Source: Octopus sinensis
Lineage: Eukaryota
Assembly (NCBI RefSeq): GCF_006345805.1
Contig: NC_043015.1
Coordinates: forward strand, 47,430,001 to 47,494,000
Length of the DNA stretch: 64,000 nucleotides
Direction: 5' to 3'
Numbering within the stretch: the first letter of the stretch is position 1; each line of letters opens with the position of its first letter. This document shows, piece by piece, positions 37,006 to 48,480 of this stretch. The notes under the pieces are model-generated. The model was not told the origin of the DNA and searched no databases. It saw only the letters and a list, made by a program, of their open reading frames with translations. The translations under genes were made by a program, and so were the position numbers.

Positions 37006-38461
37006 TCTATATCTATAAAACTCAAAATGTCTGTATGTGTGTGTGTATGTGTGTGTATTTTATGCATTTGCACATTTTTCATCCAATTTTGATGAAATTT
37101 TTTTTATTAAATGGCAAATTTACACAGGCAGGTCACTGCTGCATCACTGATGCCTAGAGATACCCACTTCTAGGAGAAAAATCGATAAAACTGAAGGGAC
37201 AACTCCACTTTTTGCAAAAAAAGGCGAAAGTTGCACACGAGAAAAGCTTTTACAGGAATGTCTGATTTTTATAATTTTGGCGTCAAAGGGACTGTCATGT
37301 TGCAACATTTCAGACAAATATTTTGACACTGCCTTGAGGACCTGATTCCCAAGATTATTGTGAAAACTTTGAAAAAAATTGATTTTTTGCATTTTTGCAA
37401 AGTTACATGGTAGAAAACATTTTACTGGGAAGCCCAATTTCCTTGGTTTTTATGGCTAAAAAACCACCATGTAACAGTGGTTCTATCAAGTATCTGTTCT
37501 ATGTCCAAATGCATCCCTGTGTGACAAAAGAAAACGTGAAAAACTGTGAAAAAATCGATTTTATACACTATTTTCCTCTTTAAATCTTCAAAGACTTCTC
37601 ACTGCTTCAGTGGATGTGTTCAAACTTTACACACTATTTACTCATCCTAAGGATAACGTTAGGAGACTACAATTTGCACAGAATTCATCCGAGTATGACC
37701 AACAATTGCGAAAGACTGAGTAGAAAATTGGGGGTTTTTTTGCCCTTAAATTCCTCATTTTTGACCAAATTCTTCCAAATCTCACATGAACAGTACAGAT
37801 GACTCAACAATGGTTTAAAACTATTTTTGGTTAATATTCTTTATTTAACTTGCGACAGATCTACGAAATACTGTGAAACATCACCTTTTTGCAGCTGTTT
37901 CAAGGAACACCCAATTTTTTTTTCCCCTTTTTGTTGCAAAAGAACCGCTATGTTGCATCATTTCTGGAAATTATTTCTTCTTTGTCCCTGTGCATCTAGG
38001 TTCTACAGAAAACTGCAAAACATGGACACTCCTCCCCATCCAACAGCTTCATCTGTTTGCAGAGGGTTGGTCTAGGTTAGCCTTCCACACTCACTTACTC
38101 CTTCACATACGAAAATGACTAATGGCACTTATTTCACACCATTCACCCCCCCCCCATATAATTAGACAATATCCTCTCAACACCAATCTAATACAATAAA
38201 ATGTCTGTGATGGCAAGACAGTGTGCGATTTGTAAAACATTCCCCTCCACCACCATTAGCTGAACTTAGAGCACCCCCTTCAGTGTTTGGTTGTTCAACT
38301 AATAAATGCCACTTGGGGAAAATCACTTCTTCGTCTATGTCAATGTTTACAACTTAACGCAAAAAATATTCAAAGAGATGTACAATGTAAAAAAATGGTA
38401 GAACCTATAAAGACCAGTGCTGAGTATTTGATACCCAAGCAACGCTGAGTACTCCTGCTAG
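37006..38461 (+). mobile_element. Non-autonomous Helitron in LPMO intron 2
   Basis: 5' A|TCTATATCTATAAAACTCAAAATGTCTGT resembles the 35025 end. 3' CCCAAGCAACGCTGAGTACTCCTGCTAG|T is a decayed version of the 35024 end. Confidence 0.7.
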
Positions 38462-38472
38462 TTAGACTTAAA

Positions 38473-39050
38473 GGCAGCGAGCTGGCAGAAATGTTAGCAT
38501 GCTGGGCGAAATGCTTAGCGGTATTTCGTCTGCTGCTATGTTCTGAGTTCAAATTCCGCTGAGGTCGACTTTGCCTTTCATCCTTTCAGGGTCGATTAAA
38601 TAAGTACCAGTTACGCACTGGGGTCGATATAATCGACTTAATCTGTTTGTCTGTCCTTGTTTGTCCTCTCTGTGTTTAGCCCCTTGTAGGCAGTAAAGAA
38701 ATAGGTATTTTGTCTGCCGCTACGTTCTGAGTTCAAATCCACCGAGGTCGACTTTGCCTTTCATCCTTTCGGGGTCGATTAAATATGTACCAGTTATGCA
38801 CTGGGGTCGATGTAATCGACTTAATATCTATGTCTGTCCTTGTTTGTCCTCTCTGTGTTTAGCCCCTTGTAGGTAGTAAAGAAATAGGTATTTCATCTGT
38901 CTTTACGTTCTGAGTTCAAATTCCACCAAGGTCAATTTTGCCTTTCTTCTTTTTTGGGGGTCGATAAATTAAGTACCAGTTGCATACTGGAGTCGATCTA
39001 ATCAACTGGCTCCCTCCCCCCAAATTTCGGGCTTTGTGCCTAGAGTAGGA
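38473..39050 (+). mobile_element. SINE family A trimer
   Basis: One head followed by units joined at GAAATAG|GTATTT (38697, 38881). Confidence 0.9.
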
Positions 39051-39461
39051 AAGAATATTATTAGACCTAATGTCTGGTTTGACACGGTTTCTATAATTGA
39101 ATACCTTTCTTAATACTCACTACTTTACACTGTGGACTGGGTGCTTCTTTCATGACACCTTCACTATTGAAGTCACTATGTAGCTCATAGGACTACAAAT
39201 CCCAGGAGAAGAGGAGAGTCAGCTTCATGCTTGGGGACAAGGAGATTACTATGTATGGCAGGGAACCAAGCACTAAAATTTAAAATGCTTTCAGTCAGAT
39301 CCTTTTTAATAACCATCCATCCGTTTTCCTAATCCACTATTTCCTGGTTGAGTTATGGATGTAGAGTCCTTAGGCACCTTATTCACAGGAGCATCCATCA
39401 TTGTATTTTCCTGCTGGATTTCCAAGTATGGCCAACAAAGATTTTGGATATTTGGAGGCAC

Positions 39462-39859
39462 AGGACTGGCTGTGTGATAAGTAGCTTGCTTACCAACCAC
39501 ATGGTTCCGGGTTCAGTCCCACTGCATGGCACCTTGGGCAAGTGTCTTCTACTATAGCCTCAGGCCGACCAAAGCCTTGTGAGTGGATTTGTTTGACGGA
39601 AACAGAAAGAAGCCTGTCGTATATATGTATATATATATATGTGTGTGTATATGTTTGTGTATCTGTGCTTGTCCCCCCAACATCACTTGACAACCGATGT
39701 TGGTACGTTTACATCCCCATAACTTAGCGGTTCAGCATAAGAGACTGATAGAATAAGTAATAGGCTTACAAAAAATAAGTCTGGGGTCGATTTGCTCGAC
39801 TAAAGGCGGTGCTCCAGCATGGCACCAGTCAAATGACTGAAACAAGTAAAAGAGTAAAA
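39462..39859 (+). mobile_element. SINE family B in LPMO intron 2
   Basis: Full family B layout with GTAAAAGA tail. Confidence 0.85.
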
Positions 39860-41154
39860 GATTATCCAACTGTCTCAGTTTTGTCAACCTTTAGGTTTTC
39901 TGCTGACTGTTGGGGTAGAATCCTCAGGCACCTCGACCATAGGGTCCTATCAGAAGCAACCATCATTGCACTTTCCAACTGGGTTCCCAAGCACAACCAA
40001 CTGGGACTTTGGATATTACCTAACTTTTTCAGCCTTGGTCTACCTTTAGGCCTCCTGCTGGTTGTGGGGGTAGATTCCTGAGGTACCTCTATCATAGGGT
40101 TCAATGAGAAGCAAATGTATTTGCCCTTTCCAGCTGGATTCTCAAATATGACCAACTGAGACGATGGATATTATCCAGCCATCTCACTCTTCGTCTACCC
40201 TTAAGTCTCCTGCCATTTGGCTCAGCTTGAAGAATTCATCTTGAAGTTTTTTTCTGCAACATTCTAATCATGTTTGCAGTAGTGGAGATATGATCTCTAA
40301 GTGTGGAGAAGTAGTGACTTGACTTAGAGAGGCTCCTTCTGATTGCTGACCTATGTAACCTGTTGATATATAAACAGAAACGTTAGCACGCCGGATGAAA
40401 TGCTTAGCGGTATTTCGTCTGTCGTTGCGTTGTGAGTTCAAATTCCGCCAAGGTTGACTTTGCCTTTCATCCTTTCGGGGTCGATAAATTAAGTACCAGT
40501 TCCGCACTGGGGTCGATAAATTAATTATCAGTTCCGCACTAGGGTTGATGTAATCGACTTAATACCTATGTCTGTCCTTGTTTGTCCGCTCTATGTTTAG
40601 CCCCTTGTGGGTAATAAAGAAATAGATATATAAACAAAAATAGCCACAGCTAAAATTGAACTGATGTCATAATTATTGTACTAATTTAGAAGATAATCAT
40701 TTAATAAATAGAATTATGACATGATGGTGACACATAAAAAGCACCCACTACACTCTTGCAGTGGTCAGCATTAGGAAGGGCATCCAGCCATAGAAACCAA
40801 ACCAAAACAGACTAGAGCCTGGTACAACTCCCTGGTTTACCAGTTCCAGTCAAATTGTCTAACCCATGCCAGCATGGGAAATGGATACTAAATGATGATG
40901 GTGAATTATGAGCCTTCACCATTATTGATTACAGAAAATAGACTAATATTAGGGTTTATAAGCCCCTGCAATGCAAAAGAATGGGTATTAGTATGCTAAC
41001 GTCCATGTTTTTCAAATACATGGGCTTATATACCCTAATAGACTATTTTGTATAGTCAGTATACATCTGATTATATATACACTTGTATAGTCAGTATACA
41101 CCTGATTATATATACACTTTAGATGAGTTGTAGTGCACCTGAGCACTGTACACA

Positions 41155-41187
<33 letters not shown>

Positions 41188-41452
41188 AAGGTAGCAAGCT
41201 GGCAGAATTGTTAGCATGCCGGGCGAAATGCTCGGCAGCATATATACACAACGGGCTTCTTTCAGTTTCTGTCTACCAAATTCACTCACAAGACTTTGGT
41301 CAGCCCAACGCTATAGTAGAAGACACTTATCCAAGGTGTCACACAGTGGGACTGAACCCGGAACCATGTGGTTGGGAAGCAAGTTTCTTGTCACACAGCC
41401 ACGTCTGCACCTAATCTTATTTCATTGACAGTACAAGCTATGAAAGAAGATA

Positions 41453-42030
41453 AGGCGGCGAATTGGCAGAAACGTTAGCACGCCGGACGAAATGCTTAGC
41501 GGTATTTCGTCTATCGTTACATAGTGAGTTCAAATTCTGCCGAGGTTGACTTTGCCTTTCATCCTTTCGGGGTCGATAAATTAAGTACCAGTAACGCACT
41601 GGGGTCGATGTAATCGACTTAATACCTATGTCTGTCCTTGTTTGTCTCCTCTATGTTTAGCCCCTTGTGGGTAATAAAGAAATAGGTATTTCGTCGGCCG
41701 TTATGTTCTGAGTTCAAATTCCGCCTAGGGTCGACTTTGCCTTTCATCCTTTCAGGGTCGATAAATTAAGTACCAGTTATGCACTGGGGTCGATGTAATC
41801 GACTTAATACCTATGTCTGTCCTTGTTTGTCCCTTCTATGTTTAGCCCCTTGTGGGTAATAAAGAAATAGGTATTTCGTCTGCCATTACATTCTGAGTTC
41901 AAATTCCACTGAGATTGACTTTGCCTTTCATCCTTTTGGGGGCAGTAGAATAAGTGCCATTTGAGCACATGGGTCGATGCAATCAACTTATCCCTCCTTG
42001 GAAATTACTGGCCATCAGCCAAAATATGAA
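41453..42030 (+). mobile_element. SINE family A trimer
   Basis: Junctions GAAATAG|GTATTTC at 41679 and 41864. Confidence 0.9.
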
Positions 42031-42342
42031 ACCAACATACATTGAAGGCTCAAAAAACCATTTACAAAATTTCACTCACCACTGTTTTCTAATTCATGCA
42101 GAATTCACACATGTTTACGTTATCATTTACAATTTTCAATACATAAATTAAACCATTAGGAAATTAATTAATTAATTAAGTGGTAATTTGTATATTCTTT
42201 TAAAATAAATGTAGACAACTTGCATAAATTAGATGAGGTTGAAGAAACTATTTGGTTGTCACTTGAAATTCTTGTTCATATTTTAGTAGAATTTGGTTGA
42301 GAGATTTTAAGTTTTTAACTTGTTCTATTTGTTTAAATTTAG

Positions 42343-42482
42343 ATATCCACTGAAGTTTCTTGATGGCACCAGCAGGCATTTCCTTGAAGACTTCCGCAGT
42401 AACACAAATTTTAGCCTGTCTTTGAGACTACCCTCTCATCTAGAATGTTCACAGTGTGTTCTTCAGTGGAAATATACAGCTG
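42343..42482 (+). CDS. AA15 LPMO coding exon 3
   Basis: Acceptor TTTAG at 42342 completes Lys (AA+A). Reads YPLKFLDGTSRHFLEDFRSNTNFSLSLRLPSHLECSQCVLQWKYTA, containing the C-x2-C-VLQW-x-Y motif. Donor GTATGT at 42483 (phase 1). Confidence 0.92.
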
Positions 42483-42534
42483 GTATGTACAACTATATTT
42501 CTTGTCTTCATGCAAACTATTATTTCTTGTCTTC

Positions 42535-42865
42535 TGGCACCTGTGTCGGTGGCACATAAAAAACACCATCCGAGCGTGGCCGTCTGCCAGCCTCATCTGG
42601 CACCTGTGTCGGTGGCACATAAAAAACACCATCCGAGCGTGGCCGTTCGCCAGCCTCGTCTGGGACCTGTGTCGGTGGCACATAAAATCACCCACTACAC
42701 TCTCGGAGTGGTTGGCGTTAGGAAGGGTATCCAGCTGTAGAAACACTGCCAGATCTGACTGGCCTGGTGCAGCCTTCGGGCTCCCCAGACCCCAGTTGAA
42801 CCGTCCAACCCATGCTAGCATGGAAAGCGGACGTTAAACAATGATGATGATGATGATGATGATGC
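42535..42865 (+). mobile_element. RTE LINE 3' UTR fragment with (GAT)n tail, 50 nt after LPMO exon 3
   Basis: Tandem GTCGGTGGCACATAAAA repeats and terminal CATGCTAGCATGGAAAGCGGACGTTAAAC(AATG)(ATG)n. Confidence 0.8.
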
Positions 42866-43059
42866 CTTTAAAGTTGATATAGGTACAGGCATGGCTGTGT
42901 GCTTAAAAACCTTGCTTCCCAACCTCATGGTTCTAGGTTCAGTTCCACTGCATGGCATCTTGGGCAAGTGTCACTGCATGTAGTCCCTGACCAACCAAAA
43001 CCTTGTGAGTTGATTTAGTAGACAGAAACTGAAAGAAGCCTATTCTATATATATATATA

Positions 43060-43497
43060 CTCTTTTACTCTTTTACTTGTTTCAGTCATTTGACTGCGGC
43101 CATGCTGGGGTAACGCCTCTAGTCAAGCAAATCGACCCCATGACTTATTCTTTGTAAGCCCAGTACTTATTCTATCGTTCTCTTTTTGCCGAACTGCTAA
43201 GTGACGGGGGCGTAAACACACCAGCATCGGTTGTCAAGCGATGCTAGGGGGACAAACACAGACACAAATACACATACACACACATACATTAATTTGGGGC
43301 CCTAGTCTGTCTATTACACATTCACATCAAAGAACATATATACGACAGGCTTCTTTCAGTTTCCGTCTACCAAATCCACTTACAAGGCATTGGTCGGCCC
43401 AGGGCTATAGCAGAAGACACTTGCCCAAGATGCCACGCAGTGGGATTGAACCCAGAACCATGTGGTTGGTTAGCAAGCTACTTACCACACAGCCAAG
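43060..43497 (-). mobile_element. SINE family B containing a 49-bp PLE-derived insert
   Basis: Family B reverse complement. Foreign sequence at 43289-43337 sits within its CA tract. Confidence 0.85.
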
Positions 43498-43585
43498 GGA
43501 ATAAATGATTATGTGTGGGGAGGGTTGTGTGTTTGTGTGTGTATGTGTGTGTGTGTGTATATAAATGAATACTTGTATGCATATA

Positions 43586-43621
<36 letters not shown>

Positions 43622-43679
43622 GTGCCTTGAATGGCGCAACAATGCAGAGTGGACTATAATAACTGTTATAATTTAATTA

Positions 43680-45575
43680 TCCATAGTCTGATATACTAAT
43701 ATTTCGGAATATAAAATTCCTTCTTCAGATATCGCTAGGAATTGATCAAGTCACTGCTATAATCGATTTTCCAACAGTTACTGAAATTTTTTTTCTTTTT
43801 TTCTGGAAGCATCTCTGCAGTGGTCTCATGGAGCTCCTTCCAGAATTCCTCATGAGAAGTGCATGAGGGCAGCCATATCTCAAGCTCGTGTGTGTTGGCA
43901 TGTCTGCAGCTCTGCTTTTAAGTTATGTTTTATATGTGCAGATTTGAGCATGTTATCAAAAATGAACCTACATGCATCCAGACGTAGCTAAATAATACAT
44001 TGATTGCCAATCTCCAGCCTGCTGTTAATTTGGAGCCCTAGTCTGTCTATGAGGATAGCTTCTTTAATTCTTAGATTATCCAAATTTCTTCCATTGGCCT
44101 CAGTTGTGACTGTTATGCTTTTGTTGATGTTCTGGCATCTGTCTAGATGTTTTCCGAAGGAAGAGGCTCTCATGTTCAGATGTTCTGTGATGCGAATGCG
44201 TAACGGTCTTGTTGTGCTACCCACATAGAACTTGTTGCATTTCTTACATTTTATTCTATACATAACGTTTACATGTTGGCATAAATCTGTGTCACGGGTG
44301 GGGCAGTTAGCTAGTATCCCTTGCTTGTTTCTTTGCTCAGTGTCTTCTCAGAGAGGGGCTGGAGTGGGCTGGTTCTATGTCTAATCCTTCTCTTCTTATG
44401 ATTCTTCAGATGGCTGTAGTTATCCTATTAAGGCGGCGAGCTGGCAGAAACGTTAGCGCGCCAGGCGAAATGCTTAGTGGCATTTCGTCTGTCATTACGT
44501 TCTGAGTTCAAATTCCACCGAGGTCGACTTTGCCTTTCATCCTCTCGGGGTCGATAAATAAAGTACCAGTTTCGCACTGGGTCGATGTAATCGACTTAAT
44601 CCCTTTCTCTGTCCTTGTTTGTTCCCTCTATGTTTAGCCCCTTGTGGACAATAAAGAAATAAGAAATGTTAGCGAGTGATACAAAAATGATTAGTGACAT
44701 TTCATCCGGCTCTTTACATTCTGGGTTCAAATTCCGCAAAGGTCGACTTTGATTTCATCCTATGTTTAGCCCCTTGTGGATAGTAAAGAAATATGTAGTT
44801 ATCCTCTCGCTAAAATGGGGTATTTTAAGGAAGCATGTGTTGCTGGGTTTTCTGTGTGTTTGGTGTGTTTGTCATTTTGGGTACTTAAGCTGATTTACAG
44901 TGGATATAGGGTACCCGTTGGTTTTCAATACCTCTAGGAAGCATGTGGTGTGGGTCACCTTGTCCCCTGTCCTGCAGCATGCAAGTTCATTTCTGGTGTA
45001 TCCTATTTTGGCACCGAGTGGAAGGGCTGAATTGTACTGAACAAACATATCCCTACTGGCTGCTTTCCTGTAGAACTCGGTGTGCATCTCTCCTTCTTCC
45101 GTTATTTTCAGTTAAAAGTCGAGTAGCGAAAGGGATCCAGTGTTGTTGGGATGTTCTATAGTGAACCGTATATCTGTGTCCATGTTGTTGAACATCATGA
45201 ATATTCTGTCTGCCTTTTCACAAGACTGTTACACATTCACATCAAAGAACATCTGAACATGAGAGCCTCCTCCTTCAGAAAACATCTAGACAGATGCCAG
45301 AACACCGACAAAAGCATAAACAGTCACAACTGAGACCAATAAAAGAAATTTGGCTAATCTAAGAATTAAGGAAGCTATCCTCATAGACAGACTAGGGCCC
45401 CAAATTAACAGCAGACTGTAGGCTTGCAATTAATGTATCATTTAGCTACATCTGGTTGCGTGTAAGTTCATTTTTGATAACAGGCTCATATAATATATAA
45501 AAGAAGGAGCTGCACGTATAATACATAACTTAAAAGCAGCACTATGGATGTGCCAACACATACGAGCTTGGGACA
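43680..45575 (-). mobile_element. Penelope-like element (RT end, GIY-YIG, terminal repeat) with an inverted 3' copy at 45215-45575 and a nested SINE A (44427-44793)
   Basis: GIY-YIG YRIKCKKCNKFYVGSTTRPLRIRITEH...LRIKEAILI. RT-thumb-like HTEFYRK...LKTNGYP. The SINE has TSD TGTAGTTATCCT. Hammerhead-like motif at 43690-43733. Confidence 0.85.
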
Positions 45576-46117
45576 TGAAAGAACTACATTGTTCATTTAG
45601 ATGGAGTTGCATGAAACGATTGTACTGCATTACCTCTGGATATCCTTGTTGCTTATTTTGATATTTCAACAGAGATATATGTAATTGGGAAAGTAATAGA
45701 CTTGAAGATCGCAACTACAGCGAGGAAACCTGCTACTTGGCATAGCATACAAGGGGAGACGACTACTGATAGCAATGATCACAAGTCGTGCAAGGAATGA
45801 TATTGACATTTCTAAATACAATATGTTATGTGAGGAAATAGCAGAAGAATCACTTGGGAGCCAGACAAATTGATTATTTGCATTTAGTTACAACCATTTA
45901 TGTTTTGAGTTCAAATCCTGCCTAGATTAGCTTTGCTTGATTAAATTTTTTTTTTAAATATCAATAAGGTGTTTGAGTTGATAAAACTGTTTCCTATTTG
46001 AGGTTCTATATTTATGTTAGAAATAAATATCACTGACTTTTGTAAATTTCTCTCTACTAGGGGTGCAAGACCTGAAATTTTGGTGGGAGGGGGTGAGGTG
46101 ATAGAATAGACCCTAGC

Positions 46118-46560
46118 GGTGAGCTGGCAGAGACATTAGCACGCCGGGGAAAATGCTTAGCAGTATTTCGTCTGCCGTTACGTTCTGAGTTCAAGTTCCA
46201 CCGAGGTTGACTTTACCTTTCATCCTTTCGGGGTCAATAAATTAACTACCAGTTATGCATTGGGGTCGATCTAATCCACTTAATCCGTTCGTCTGTCCTT
46301 GTTTGTCCCCTCTGTGTTTAGCCCCTTGTGGGTTGTAAAGAAATAGGTATTTCGTCTGCCGTTACATTCTGAGTTCAAATTCCACCTAGGTTGACTTTAC
46401 CTTTCATCCTTTCGGGGTCAATATATTAAGTACCAGTTACGCACTGGAGTCGATGCAATTGACTTAATCCGTTTGTCTGTCCTTGTTTGTCCTCTCTATG
46501 TTTTGCCCCTTGTGGGCAATAAAGAAATAGGAATAGACCCTAGCGTTCAACTGGTACTTA
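46118..46560 (+). mobile_element. SINE family A dimer
   Basis: Junction GAAATAG|GTATTTC at 46340. Flanks share ATAGACCCTAGCG. Confidence 0.88.
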
Positions 46561-46737
46561 TTTTACAGCCCGCTGAAAGGATAAAAAGCATGTTTGACCT
46601 CAGCAGAATTGTGACTTTTGTAAATTGAAAATAGTAATGTAAAAGGGGTCTCCCAATTATTTTCCTTCATCTTGGGTTTTTTTTTTTTTTAAATTATGTA
46701 AGTTTTAATAAAAGTGTTTTGTTTCTTCATTTTTCAG

Positions 46738-47054
46738 GAAATACATATAACTGCGATCCTATTTTAGATAAATGTTGCACTGGATGTGGTGATCAGGAGC
46801 AATTTTATGCATGCGCAGATATATCTATTAAGAAGGCATCTGATGCATCAAAAGAGAAAAACCCTACAACGAAGCAGAAATTAGACTCAACTGAGAACGA
46901 GACGAAAGGAGGACTTACTACTTCTCGGAATATCCCAGAAAAACCAAATATAAACAGTAAAATGATATGTCAAGCAAAATTTAATCTCCAGCCCAAGAAA
47001 CATTTTAATAAATGGTGCAATTTAATGTGCCAGCCGATGAATCCATTTCCGTAA
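46738..47054 (+). CDS. AA15 LPMO coding exon 4 (end of catalytic domain, linker, Cys-containing tail, stop)
   Basis: Acceptor TTTTCAG at 46737 completes Gly (G+GA). Reads NTYNCDPILDKCCTGCGDQEQFYACADISI, then a Lys/Thr/Glu-rich linker, then ICQAKFNLQPKKHFNKWCNLMCQPMNPFP and TAA at 47052-54. Exon lengths 171+236+140+317 = 864 nt, i.e. 287 aa plus stop. Confidence 0.9.
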
Positions 47055-47072
47055 CTCTACAACAATAATAAT

Positions 47073-47077
47073 AATAA

Positions 47078-47113
<36 letters not shown>

Positions 47114-47136
47114 TGATAAATAAATAAATAAATAAA
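47073..47136 (+). promoter_or_regulatory. Candidate polyadenylation signals of the LPMO gene
   Basis: Several AATAAA hexamers lie 20-80 nt after the stop, inside (AAT)n/(AAAT)n tracts, so they could be incidental. Confidence 0.35.
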
Positions 47137-47335
47137 CGAATATATGAAACTAATGTCTCAAAAGAATTACCTTTTCCTCTTAAATGTAATATTCATAATC
47201 AATACATTGTAAAAATTATTTCATGAAAATTATATTCCTTCAATCAAAATATCATGTTCTTAAAACATAATACATAATGTGATTAAAAATGGTGCTCAAA
47301 TTGAACAACTGGTTGATTTTATCTTTTATTTCTAA

Positions 47336-47730
47336 CTAGCAGTATCGCCCGGCGTTGCTCGGGTTTGTAAGGGAAATAACTATATAAGCATTTTTAGAGA
47401 TGTAAAGTATAATAGCCATCTCAATATGGCTAACCACAAAGGGGGGTGTTACTGTAGCTTTTTACGTTCTGAGATTTAATAATACATTTTTAGAGAGTTA
47501 CTTCCCTTATATAATAGCAAAAAAATGCATTAAAAACGGGAAAAAATTATGGTAAATTTTTTTTAAAATCGTAGACTCATCGTAGACGCGTGCTAATACC
47601 CAGAAGGGCTCGATACGAATCACAACTATAAGATACCCGCTTTTGGTTAAACTGCACCGCAAAATGTGGGAGTAGTTAGGAATCTAAATCGTAGGAGACA
47701 GACACACAACTTCACTTTTATATATAAAGA
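47336..47730 (-). mobile_element. 395-bp non-autonomous Helitron, same family as 34181-35024
   Basis: Minus strand A|TCTTTATATATAAAAG ... CCCGAGCAACGCCGGGCGATACTGCTAG|T. The first ~180 nt match 34181-34365. Confidence 0.88.
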
Positions 47731-47799
47731 TTACATCACAACTTTTTTTACTACCTTTCCATGCTATTTTTATGTATTTATGTATTTTTCCTCTTAAAA

Positions 47800-48278
47800 A
47801 GTACCTGTGATGGTGCCACATAAAAAGCAATGGTGCTGGTGCCACTTAAAAAGCCGCTGTGACGGTGCCACATAAAAAGCACCCAGTACACTCTGAGGAA
47901 TGGTTGGCATTAAGGACAGGCATCCAGCCATAGAAACCGAGCCAAAACAGAGTATGGAAACTGGGTGCAGCCCTTGGCCTTACTAGTTCTTGACAAGCCG
48001 TCCAACCCATGCCAGCATGGAAAACAAATGTTAAATGCTGCTGATGATGATGACACTGATAATGATGATGATGGTAGTGGTGGTGGTGGTGGTGTGGTGG
48101 TGATGGTGATGGTGATGATGATGATGATGATGATGGTGATGATGACGACAATGATGATGATGACGACGATGATGATGATGACGATGATGATGATGATGAT
48201 GATGATGAAGATAATGATGATGATGATGGTGGTGATGATGATGACAACAATGATGATGATGACGATGATGATGATGAC

Positions 48279-48309
<31 letters not shown>

Positions 48310-48448
48310 ATGGTGATGATGATGATGGTGGTGGTGACGGTGGTGGTGGTGGTGATGGTGGTGGTGGTGGTGGTGGTGGTGGTGATGATGGTGGTGGTGA
48401 TGATAGTGATGGTGATCGTGATCATAATGGTGATGATGATGGTGATGG

Positions 48449-48479
<31 letters not shown>

Positions 48480-48480
48480 A
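47800..48480 (+). mobile_element. RTE 3' UTR fragment with a greatly expanded (GAT/GGT)n tail
   Basis: GGTGCCACATAAAAAGCACC repeats and CATGCCAGCATGGAAAAC...GTTAAATG, then ~430 bp of trinucleotide repeat. Source of the poly-Met/poly-Ile ORFs. Confidence 0.8.

Noticed and set aside
45703-45740. UUGAAGA-UCGC...GCGA-GGAAA near the inverted PLE copy
   Set aside because: It needs extra bases on both sides of stem II and lacks an NUH site and stem I.
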